This document shows, one piece after another, positions 31,608-41,408 of a stretch of 64,000 nucleotides of DNA. The notes beneath the pieces were generated by a model that searched no databases, had not been told where the DNA came from, and was given only the letters and a program-made list of their open reading frames with translations. Source of the stretch: an uncultured Planctomycetota bacterium (lineage in GTDB: Bacteria; Planctomycetota; Planctomycetia; Gemmatales; Gemmataceae); NCBI GenBank assembly GCA_963849325.1, contig CAWKHF010000002.1, positions 909,026 through 973,025 on the forward strand. Direction: 5' to 3'. The first letter of the stretch is position 1; each line of letters opens with the position of its first letter. The translations under genes and the position numbers were made by a program.

Positions 31608-33525
31608 ATGTCTTGCTCTTGCTGCAAAATCTCCTCGATCACCTGGTTCGTGTGCGGTCTACTGCTCCTGGGCGGCGTTGTTCTCGCCGCGCTTCATGCC
31701 CTGGGCGTATTCAGCCCGGCCCAGACGTCGGCGCCGGTCGGCGATGCCGGCACGGTCCTCGAGCGCGAGGCCGTGCCCGTGCCTCCGGTACGCTTCACCG
31801 ACATCACCCAGGCGTCGGGCATCCACTTCGTTCACGACAATGGCGCCACCCACAAGAAACTGCTGCCCGAGACGATGGGATCGGGCGTGGCCGTCCTCGA
31901 TTTCGACAACGACGGCAAGCCCGACTTGCTGTTTGTCAACGCCCGCCCCTGGCCCGGTCAGGAAAAGTCCAACGTCCCGCCGCCGACCCTGGCCCTGTAT
32001 CGCAACGAAGGCGGCGGCGCCTTCCGGGACGTAACGAAAGCGGCGGGCCTGGCCGTCTCGATGTACGGCATGGGCGCGACCGTCGGCGACTACGACAACG
32101 ACCGCTGGCCCGACCTGTTCGTCACCGGCGTCGGCGGCAACCATCTGTTTCACAATGAGGCGGACGCCAACGGGTCCGGCGGACGGCGCTTCGTCGAGGT
32201 GACGGCGACGGCCGGCGTTGGCGGTTCGGGCGGTTGGCCCGACAAGCCGCCGGCCGACTTCTTCCAGTGGGACCAACCTCTCTGCTTCTCGACTTCCGCC
32301 GCGTTCCTCGACTACGACGGCGACGGCAAGCTTGATCTATTCGTCTGCAATTACGTCCGCTGGTCGCCGGCCTACGACCTCAGCATCGGCTCCAAGCTCG
32401 ACGGCAAGGAGCGGACCTACGCTCAGCCCAGGCAGTTCGACGGAGCGCTGTGCTTGCTCTATCACAACGAGGGCGGCGGCAAGTTCGCGGACGTATCGAA
32501 GGAAAGCGGCGTGCAAGTCTCCGAGCCGCAGGGCACCGACCACGACGCGCCGTTGCGACCGCTGGGCAAATCGCTGGGCGTCATCGTCTGCGACGCCGAC
32601 GAGGACGGCTGGCCCAACATCGTCGTCGCCAACGATTCAGTGCGCAACTTCTTCTTTCACAACCAGCCCGGTCCCAACAGTTCGCGCGTTTTCCATGAAA
32701 TGGGCCAACTTGCGGGCATCGCCTATGCGAAGGGGCAGGCGCGCGGCGCGATGGGGATTGACTGGGCGCCGTACTATCGGCCTCGTTGCAATGCGCTGCT
32801 CATCGGCAATTTCGCCGACGAGCCGGACACGTTCTTGTGTCAGGACGAGCCGAAGGAGTTGATCTTCTCGGACATGGCCCTCGCCGAGGGCGTCGCCGGG
32901 CCGAGCCGGATTCCCCTCAAATTCGGCGTGTTCTTCTTCGATTACGACCTCGATGGCCGGCTCGATTTCCTGACGTGCAATGGTCATCTCGATCCCGGTA
33001 TCGGCAAGTTGCAGGCCGGCCAGAAGTACGAGCAGCCGGCGCAACTGTTCTGGAACATCGGCCGGCAGCCGCGGTTTCGAGCCGGTGACGGAGTACGCGA
33101 CCGGACCCGATCTGTTCCGTCCGCTCGTCGGCCGCGGCTGCGCCTATGCCGACCTCGACGGCGACGGCGATCTCGACGTGGTCCTGACCGGCAACGGCGG
33201 GCCGGCGCGCGTACTGCGCAACGACAACAAGCTCGGCCTCCACTGGGTTCGCCTCCAGCTGGAGGGCGACGGCGTCCACTCCAACCGCAGCGCCATCGGC
33301 GCGCGCGTCATTCTGGAGTCTGGCGGCGTCGAGCAGCGCCGCGAGGTCGCCGCCGCTCGCGGCTATCTCAGCCAGAGTGAGCTGACCGTGACCTTCGGTC
33401 TCGGCAACGTCAAGCAGATCGACCGTATCACCATCCACTGGCCGGGCAAGGGCGCCGAGGAGCCGACCGTCCTCGAAAAGCCGGCGATCGATAAGGAACA
33501 CACCGTCCGGCAAGGCGTGAAGTGA
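31608..33525 (+). CDS. CRTAC1/ASPIC-UnbV FG-GAP repeat protein (frameshift near 33065)
   Basis: ETMGSG, repeated DxDxDG.xD motifs, AIGARV, YLSQS..FGLG. Confidence 0.9.
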
Positions 33526-33542
33526 GAGCAATAGGACCAAGC

Positions 33543-33612
33543 CCTCGGAGCGGGGGGCGTCAGCCCCCTGAGCGATGCAGATCTCAGGGGGCTGACGCCC
33601 CCCGCTCCGAGG
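33543..33612. repeat. REP-like palindrome (same family as 31524)
   Basis: CCTCGGAGCGGGGGGCGTCAGCCCCCTGAG...CTCAGGGGGCTGACGCCCCCCGCTCCGAGG. Confidence 0.9.
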
Positions 33613-33618
33613 CTTGCC

Positions 33619-33894
33619 TTAATTCGTTGGGCTGGCGCAGCCGTAGCGCAGCGCAGAGCGCGGCGCGGCCGTCACGACTTCGCGGCGCAGGCGGCGACGA
33701 AGCAAGTGCAGATCTTCGTCGAGCTTTTCCAGAAGGAGGGCGGCGTCGGCCGTTTGTCCCGCGGCCAGGTGCTGGCGCATCTCGACCAGGCCGCGCCGGG
33801 CGATGGCGAGCCGGCGGTCCACCAACTGGCGGAGCGGAGACAGCAGCACCGGGATGGAGTTCGTTTCGGGAACGCGATCGGAAAGAACAAGCAT
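33619..33894 (-). CDS. Small hypothetical protein
   Basis: MLVLSDRVPETNSIPVLLSPLRQLVDRRL... helical, plausible composition; no motif. Confidence 0.4.
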   Translation of the reverse strand: MLVLSDRVPETNSIPVLLSPLRQLVDRRLAIARRGLVEMRQHLAAGQTADAALLLEKLDEDLHLLRRRLRREVVTAAPRSALRYGCASPTN

Positions 33895-34175
33895 GAGAGG
33901 GTCTCGCAACAGCGAACCGAGGCATGCCGGAAGACAACGCACCGCTGCCCGTGAGCGGTCCCTCCCGATCGGGAGGCGACTCCGGCGGACTCACACAACT
34001 GCGTGCGAGGCAAACAGCCAAGGTGCGTAATCAGAGAGTTGTGTGCGGGCAAACGCCCACCCGAGTTCGGTTTCCTTACCGTTGGCCTTCGAACTGCCGC
34101 GAGATTCCTTCTCACCTCCGAGGCGTAGCGGACCTCTTGTACAACAAAGGGCCGATCCGGAGCAAGAGCACTTTT

Positions 34176-37100
34176 TTATGGACGGCGCGACCGCCCTACG
34201 GTCAGGGGGATGCCCAACCGCTCCAGCGGCACCGGAAACAGGAGCGTCTCGCCGGCTAGTTTGGCGGCAACACGTTGTCCATTCGGCAGCTGCCACCACG
34301 AGGTGCGATGGATGACGTCGCGCTCCGCCGACGGATGGGCTTCGGTCTTCAGAACGTCCTCGACGTAGGCCACGATGGTTTTCTCCGTGTCCAGCTCGAC
34401 CTGGAGCAACTGTTGCCCCGATCCGATGGCCCGGTCGATGGTTTGTTTGCGCGTCCGAGGGGGAGGCGGCACGCGCAGATCGCGCAGCAGGTGGTCGGCC
34501 ATCGCGTTGGCCGGATCCTGCTGGGGACCGCCGCAGAGTAAGAGCATGGGGATGCGATAATTGAGAGTGAGGTCGCGGAACCAGTTGGACAATTGCACGC
34601 GGTCGGCGCACGATCCCAGCCACCCGTCCACGCTGAGCCAGACCGCGGCCAACACGCGCTGACCTTCCGAGAGTTCCCCGGGTAGACGCTTGGCGCCCGG
34701 AGCGGGATCGAGAATACGACGGCACTCCGAGGCCAGCCAGAGGGTGCTGAGCGTGGCCGACTGGCCCGCTCCGACCAGGATCAGGTTGCCGCTATTGACC
34801 GAAGATTTCGGATCGTCATTCTGGCTGTCCAGGTACGATCGCGCCGCGGCGAGGTCCAGGATGAGAAAGTACGAATACAGCGGAGGGAAATAACGAACGT
34901 CGATCGAATCCGGCAGGGCGATCTTGCCTTTGCTCTTCCGGGAGGTGCGATACTCGGGAAGGTTGTCCTGGTTGGCTTTCTGCTGCCAGAAGAAATTGTT
35001 GACCGAGTTGCTTTGTCCGTGTCCGCGGAGATCGAACGTCAGGACCGTATGTCCCGCCGTTTGCAAAGCGACGGCCAATCGACGCCAGTTTTCTTCCAGA
35101 CGATGCCGGCCGACCCCGATGTCGTGGACGAGCAGGACGCAGGCTCCCTTTTTCCCCTTCCGGCCGGGGTAGAGAGTGCCTTTCAACGTCACGCCATCGA
35201 TGGAGTCGAAGCGGATGGTCGTCGGTTCCTGCGGGATGGCGGTTACATCTTCGGAAGGCTTCGCCAGCGGTTTCTCCACCGTCAGCGCGATCTCTCTCTC
35301 ATCGATCTTTTCCCCCTCGACCAGGGCGAGTACCTTCACGCTGCTCCGTCCCAACTCGGCCCGCGCCCCCGCCTCGATGCGCACGGTGCCGAACGAGATC
35401 TGGGCGGCGATGGCGGCGGGATCGGCCGTCACACCGGCCGGCAGGCCGTCCAGGCGAATTTCGACAGGGCCGTCATAACCCTCGCGCTGCACGAGTACCC
35501 GCAGCTCCTCTCTCTGGCCGGCTGGGACTGACACCGAATCGGGCACGTTCTCGCGCTTCAGAGCGACGCGCGGCGCTGCTTTCTCGATGTGGAAGAACAG
35601 CGGCGCGGTATCGGCGATCGCGTCGCCGACCCGCAGCGTCAAGGTGATCGGATGCAACTCCTCCGGCGTGGCGTCGGCGGCGACCGTCAGCTTCAACGCC
35701 GGGCCGGGCAGCTCCTCCTGACGCACGCCAGGCGGCAAATGGTCGAACCGCACGGTGAGCGGTTCCGGGCATTCCTTGCGGTCCACCTTGGGCGTGAACA
35801 CCTTCGTCTCGCCTGCCTTGCAGTGGAGTTCCTCTCGTTCGAGCAGGACGGGACGGGGAACCTTGCGTACCGATAAGCGGAATGGCTGCTCATCGACGCG
35901 CTGCGTCCCTTGCCAGAGGGAGACGATCACGCTCCGCGACGGTAGCTCCAGGTCCAGCGGAGCCAGCAGCAGGAGCGGGACGGTGTCTCGGTCAGCGGCC
36001 AGGGTCAGCGGCGGAGCTTTCATGTCGTCGGGTAGGCCGTCCACCTGGATCCGCAGCGGTTCGGTACAATCGCGGCGCTGGACGGCCAGGAGGACTTCGC
36101 GCTTTTGCCCGCCCTTGAGCCTCACGTCCTCGATGCCCTCCAGGTGGGGTCTCCGTGGCAGGGACGGAGTTGGAGTTGGGGACTGTCGAAGGAAGGACCA
36201 AACCAGGAGATTGACCGCCAGGAAGCTGACCAGTGCCAGCGCCCCCAGAGCGGCCAGCCAGCCCGGCCGCGACAGCATCGACACGACCGAATCCATAAGG
36301 GAAGAAGGAACTAGGGAATAGGGACGAGGGACTCGGGAAGAGCCGCCTTCTTCCCTAGTCCCTAGTCCCTCGTCCCTAGTCCCTGTTATCAGCGGTAAGT
36401 CCGGCGTCGTCACGGCCAGAGACGCGGCCCGAGACGTGGTCTCGCCCATGACTTCTTCCGCCGTCGCCCCCAAGAGGACGCCCGCAGGCGCAACGACTTC
36501 CGCCGCAACGACGGCGCGGACCTTCCGCGCCGCCGCAGCGGACTCGCCCAGCAAAGCATGGATCTGTGCTTCCTCGCTGCCCGTCAACGGCCGAACGACT
36601 TTATCGCTTACCAGCTCATCGAGCGTCGGCACCACCAGCAGCGGACCCTGGCTGGCCAATAGGAGATGTCCCACCAGGCGCGCGCGTCGCGGTCCTTCAA
36701 GTCCCACAGCTCGCGCAGCAAACGCGACTGGCCCGGCTGACGAAAATCCTCCTCGCGGAAGAGCAAATTCTCCAGGTTGTCATAGCGCTGCCACAATTCC
36801 ATTCCGCCGACTTGCACGCAGCGCAGGGCCGTGTAGATGAGCAGGTGCGAAAAGCGATCGACCTGGCTGTCGTAGGCCCCTTCGCGCAGCCGCTGCGGAT
36901 GCTGATAGTTGGGATGTCCGACCTCGCCCGATGGCGTGTCGGCCAGGGCCGGCACGAACATGCCGTCGTAGTCGATCAGCTTCAAGGCCAGCGAAGCGCT
37001 CTTGCTGCCGGGTACCAGCAGGACGTTGCCGTGCTGCAAGTCGCCGTGCGCCATGCCGGCGTCACGCAGCTCCCGACCCAGGCGAATCCACAAGTGCGCC

Positions 37101-37510
37101 AATCGTTCCAGCAGCCCCGGCTTGTCCAGATATTCGCGGATGAATTCGTTGAGTCGAAAGCCTTCGACCCAGCGCATCTTGACGAGGGGATAGGCTTGCC
37201 CGCGGACAAAGATGCCTTCTTCCAGGTAGCGGAACTCGACCATGAAGGCGCGTTGGGTCTGGCGGAGATGGTCGCTGATGGCCTGGTAGCGTTGGTGCAG
37301 CCCGGCGACGGGGCGAGTGAAGCACTTGACGGCCCAGCTTTGCTGGTCCGCTCCTTGCACCTGGTAAACATCGGCGAAGTTGCCGGAGTGCGGTCGCGGC
37401 AAGCCGAACGGGTCGCCGACCACCTGGCCCTGGCGCAGGTCGTCGTCGCCAAAGCACAGCCGTGGGTTCTGTACGGCGGCGTTGTAATCCGTTGCTTGCG
37501 GCCAGGGCAT
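34176..37510 (-). CDS. Ser/Thr kinase-like protein with TM helix, beta-rich repeats and alpha/beta-hydrolase-like C-terminal domain (frameshift near 36690)
   Basis: SGNFADVY, AVKCF, HGDLQHGNVL, LIDYDG, GHPNYQHP, VDRFS; TM WLAALGALALVSFLAVNLLVW; C-terminal DGVTLKGTLYPG, LTFDLRGHGQS. Confidence 0.8.
36308..36385. repeat. Heptamer-repeat hairpin inside the kinase coding region
   Basis: (T/G)AGGGA(A/C) units facing TCCCTAG/TCCCTCG units. Confidence 0.7.
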
Positions 37511-37542
37511 CAGCGACACTCCTTATCGGCGACAAAAAAATG

Positions 37543-37670
37543 AACCACAGATGAACACAGACAAACACAGATAAAAAAGAGAGGAAAAACGTGTCGGGTC
37601 ACTCAGCCGACTCCATCCTCTCTTCTGTTTTCTTTTTTTTATCCGTGTTCATCTGTGTTCATCTGTGGTT
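37543..37670. repeat. AT-rich inverted repeat with internal 10-bp periodicity
   Basis: AACCACAGATGAACACAGACAAACACAGAT ... ATCCGTGTTCATCTGTGTTCATCTGTGGTT. Confidence 0.85.
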
Positions 37671-37687
37671 GATTACTTCTTAGGATC

Positions 37688-38471
37688 TTACAGACTCACG
37701 GCCAACAGGGTGACGTCGTCGTTGCGCAGCTGGCGGGCGCGCGCAGATCCTCGATCCAGGTGGCGAAGGCTTGCTGGGCGGCAACCTCGTCGCTGACGGC
37801 ATGCAGCAGCGGGTCGAGGGCCAACCAGGGTTTGCCGCCGGCCTCGATCTGGACCAAAAACCACTGCGCCAGCGCATCGGTCATCATCCAGAAACGATCG
37901 CGCGGCCGACAGTCGCCCTGCTGTTGAAGACCCTTCTTGTGCGGCACTTCGCCGGGCGAGGTCCGCGAACCGACCAGCCAGGGGGCGTTGCTGAAGTCGG
38001 CGGCGCGGGTGATGGGGAACGAACGTACCAGCTCGCCTTGCCGCACCTGGAACAGACAGCTATCGCCGACGGCCAGGGCGTGCCAACCCGTCTCCTCCAC
38101 CACCAGGCCGAGGAAGGTGGCGAAGGCACCCTGCATCAGACCCGGTTCGAGATACCACGGGACGCCGGCTTCGGCCGACCCCGCCAGCCAGGAACGCCCA
38201 TCGGGCGGCCGATTCACCTGCGCCGACCAGCGTTGTTGCAGCGACGGCAGCCAACTCGACCAGTTCGGCAGCCGTTCGCTCTGACGCACGAACTCCTCGA
38301 CGAGCAGATGCGCCACAGGGCGGAATGCGGACTCTCGGCGGCGCCGTCGGCGATGGCGAAGCGGCCGCGCTCCGGATCGCCGGTCGAGGCGTCCTGGCAT
38401 TCCTCCAGGAGGTAGCCCTGACGCGGCAGACGGAAAGCGCGATAGCCGAGGGCGAGTCCGGGGACGGGCAT
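37688..38471 (-). CDS. PP2C-like protein phosphatase (YegK-like; frameshifts)
   Basis: ECQDA, FAIADGAAES, AVGDSCLFQ, MTDALAQW, LRNDDVTL. Confidence 0.82.
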
Positions 38472-38474
38472 GGC

Positions 38475-39315
38475 TCACCTGAGGTTCTTGAAATCGACGC
38501 GCGTGCCAATGTCCAGAAAGCGGACCACCGAGGCCAGGTCGGCGTTGAAGACGAAGCCGCGCGAGTCGGCGTTCACGGCCAGGCCCGACTGCCGCGCCGA
38601 GTTCTGCATGACCGGCGGCAGACAACTCGACATGCGGAACAGCCGGCGCGCGGCGCATCGGGCAGACCCTCCTCCTGATCGGGAAATTCGATCGGCGCTC
38701 CGGACGGGAAGAGATGTGGGCGTTGAACAGGAGCACGGCCCCATCCTCGCTGGCCAACTCGCGCAGATGCTGGGCCGACTTCTCCGGATCGCCGTCGGTC
38801 GCCTCGCCATCGGTCAGGTTGACGACCAGCGGCGGATAGCAAGAGGGGTGCTCGATGAGGAAATTCGACAGCACTTGCGCGGCGCGCTCGAAGCACTTGC
38901 TCATCGGCGTCTTGCCGTCGGCGACCGGCTCGAACCACAGCGGCGCCTTGACGATCTGCTCGACCTGTCCGCCGCGGCCATCGTCCACCTTGTTGACGCG
39001 CTGCTCGACGCGCAGCGGGCAGCGAGCCAGCTCGCTGATCGGCACCAGTTCCCGGTTGGCCAGCGCCCCACCGAGGCTCGGCACCACCTGCCGGCCATAG
39101 CCGAGGACGCCGACGTGGAAGCGGTCGAGCACGGCCTGCCCCCAGACGCAGCGCAGCACCAGCGTGTACAGCAGTCGGTTGAGCGAGTCGGCCACGGCGT
39201 CGGCTTTTTTCTTGCCGTCGCCGCCGGGGATCGGTCCCAGCATGGACTTGGACTGGTCGATGAGAAACAGAAAGCACGTCGGGTTCGAGCGGCTGATCTC
39301 CGCGGAATAAGGCAT
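38475..39315 (-). CDS. vWA domain protein (TerY/YegL-like; frameshifts)
   Basis: FLIDQSKSM (MIDAS DxSxS), GKTPM, NLTDGEATDGDP, LFNAHIS. Confidence 0.85.
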
Positions 39316-39499
39316 GGAAGTCGCCTCGGTGACGGGTCGCAAGTCGCCTGTCCCCAATGGATCGGGGAGATGGAATTATACCCTGCCCCCAGGCGGCCTC
39401 GCAAGCGCCGCGCGCCCGAACCAGCGCGCTCCTCGCCGTGTCGCCGCGCAGGCGGGACGCCCGCGCTCCGCGGCGCGGCGCGGCGAAACGAGAACACCG

Positions 39500-39694
39500 T
39501 CAGCGTGTCCGTGTCTCCGGAGAACCTGCGTCCTCCGTTGCACTGGGCGAACCGAGTTCCTCGCGCTGAATTTCCACGGAGGCCGGCGCGGTGAAGCCAA
39601 GGCGGACCCTGCCGCTCCCGATCGCCACCACCGTCACGTGAATGTCGCCTTGGATGACGACGGTCTCACCGAGTTTGCGGGTCAAAACCAGCAT
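39500..39694 (-). CDS. csrA: Carbon storage regulator
   Basis: MLVLTRKLGETVVI...VRLGFTAP.SVEIQREE. Confidence 0.93.
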   Translation of the reverse strand: MLVLTRKLGETVVIQGDIHVTVVAIGSGRVRLGFTAPASVEIQREELGSPSATEDAGSPETRTR

Positions 39695-39737
39695 GGGCAT
39701 CCTCCCTGAAAAAAGGACAATGTTGCTCGGGTTGTTG

Positions 39738-39783
39738 AAGAAAACTCCCTGCCGCAGCCGAATCGCGGCTGCGGCAGGGGAGG
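39738..39783 (-). terminator. Intrinsic terminator-like hairpin upstream of csrA
   Basis: 14-bp stem CCCTGCCGCAGCCG/CGGCTGCGGCAGGG followed on the minus strand by TTTTCTTC. Confidence 0.65.
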
Positions 39784-39978
39784 GGTGGGCGTTCCCCTCA
39801 ATCCGCTAGCAAGCCACCGGCCTCACGCCTCGGAATGCACGGAGTCTCCAAGGAGTAGGAGGTTGGGCCGCGTCCAATAGCTTTCTCCGAGCCGGAAGCG
39901 TCGGCGATGGAGCGAGAACCGAAGGTTGCCGTTCCTTCGTTTACGATTCCGGCTCAGAAGGGTCTTGTCGAGGGGGTC

Positions 39979-40308
39979 TTAACAGCGCAGAGGGGTGTTG
40001 ATGCGCCCGTGCGACGAGTCGAGTTGTGCGAAACGAGCTAACTGGAATTGGGCACTTATTTGGGACGAGGTCCGCGCGTCGGATGTCCCGGAACGCGATC
40101 GGCCGCCCTCGGCCGTCACCGAGGTGTGCGCTGCGCTCAGCTCGGTGAAATCCGCGTTGGGGTCGTCCAACGGCAGAAGGTCTTCCGACTCCTGGTCCAA
40201 GGGCGAAAGAACGACACGGGCGAAATTGAAATCGTCTCCGCTGGCCAGGACCATTAACCAGCAGGCCAGGATTGAGAGGACACTGGAACGAAGATGGCGT
40301 TGGGACAT
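39979..40308 (-). CDS. Small hypothetical protein with N-terminal hydrophobic segment
   Basis: MSQRHLRSSVLSILACWLMVLASGDD...; plausible start and composition. Confidence 0.5.
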   Translation of the reverse strand: MSQRHLRSSVLSILACWLMVLASGDDFNFARVVLSPLDQESEDLLPLDDPNADFTELSAAHTSVTAEGGRSRSGTSDARTSSQISAQFQLARFAQLDSSHGRINTPLRC

Positions 40309-40494
40309 GAGGGCGTCATCCTTGCATCAAAGACTTATCCGTGTCGATGATAGAAGGGGTTCCCCCATCTGTCAAGCAGTGTTGACGAATCGACAGCGGA
40401 TCCCGTAGGACCGTTTCTTGTCATTTCGCTTGACAGAAGGGCCGCCGAGCGTAAGCCTAGCTGAAGAGCCGTTTCTCCCTTGCAGGAGCCAGTG

Positions 40495-40932
40495 ATGCCC
40501 GCGGACAAGCTTGGACAACCGCCCCCTATTGTTCAGTCCATGATTCTGGCCGACTACGTTCACCGCGACTCGATGACGGGGAAAAAAACCATCCTCGGCA
40601 CCTACAACAGTATCGTGTCCAGCAAGTTCCCGCACCACAAACCGGGACTGTGCGTCTACCTGGCCATCACCGACACGCACGGCCCGTTCCAGCTGCGCCT
40701 GCGCATCGTGGAGGTGGACGATCAGGAGGCGCCCATCCACGAATCGGCCTACCCGGTCAATCTGCCCGACCCGAACCAGGTCTACGAGATGACGTTCACC
40801 ACCTCGGTGGTTTTCCCCGCGCCGGGGCAATACCGGGTCCAGTTACTGGTAGGCGGCGAGCTGCTCCGCGAGCTGCGTTTGCGCGTCGGCTCGCCACAGC
40901 AGATGGCCTCCGCGCCGAGCGAGACCGAGTAA
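40495..40932 (+). CDS. Conserved hypothetical beta-rich protein (DUF6941-like)
   Basis: LADYVHRDSMTGKKTILGTY, FPAPGQY; AGGAG RBS. Confidence 0.7.
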   Translation: MPADKLGQPPPIVQSMILADYVHRDSMTGKKTILGTYNSIVSSKFPHHKPGLCVYLAITDTHGPFQLRLRIVEVDDQEAPIHESAYPVNLPDPNQVYEMTFTTSVVFPAPGQYRVQLLVGGELLRELRLRVGSPQQMASAPSETE

Positions 40933-40960
40933 ACGCCGACGTCCACGAAGCTAGCGGCCC

Positions 40961-41025
40961 CCACCGAGCCGCGACCGTCAGGGAGCGGTTGTTTCCCTCG
41001 CTCCCTGACGGTCGCGGCTCGGTGG
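40961..41025. repeat. REP-like palindrome
   Basis: CCACCGAGCCGCGACCGTCAGGGAGCG...CGCTCCCTGACGGTCGCGGCTCGGTGG. Confidence 0.9.
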
Positions 41026-41408
41026 AGGCCACTAGCAGCTCGCTCTTACTTGCGATGACGGATGCGCGCCCGCATACGGCGTTTCTTGCGACCCACCTTC
41101 CGCCTCCCCGTCCCGCGACGCCGGCTACCCATGTCTCCCTCCTGCGTGTCCTGCCCTTCGTTCCCCACGATCGCATCCACCCGTTCGAGATGTCCATCCG
41201 GGGGAAAGGCTCATTGTAGGGTCCGGGCCGGTTCGGACAAGTCCTCTCCGCGTCGATCCGCGCGGCCGTCGCTTTTCGCCGGAAGCGCGGATTCGGCGCT
41301 TGACAGACGCCTTCGCGCCGATTGGACTAGCGCCGTGACGGTCCTCGACGCGGCCGGGGTCGAATGGTTCGGCCGGCGGCGGACGGGGCCTGCGCGAGGA
41401 GCCTTCTC

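Noticed and set aside
39900-39960. Fluoride riboswitch (GGCGATGGAG on plus strand)
   Set aside because: Following TTCGCC stem and ATGAC pseudoknot absent; no downstream plus-strand crcB-type gene
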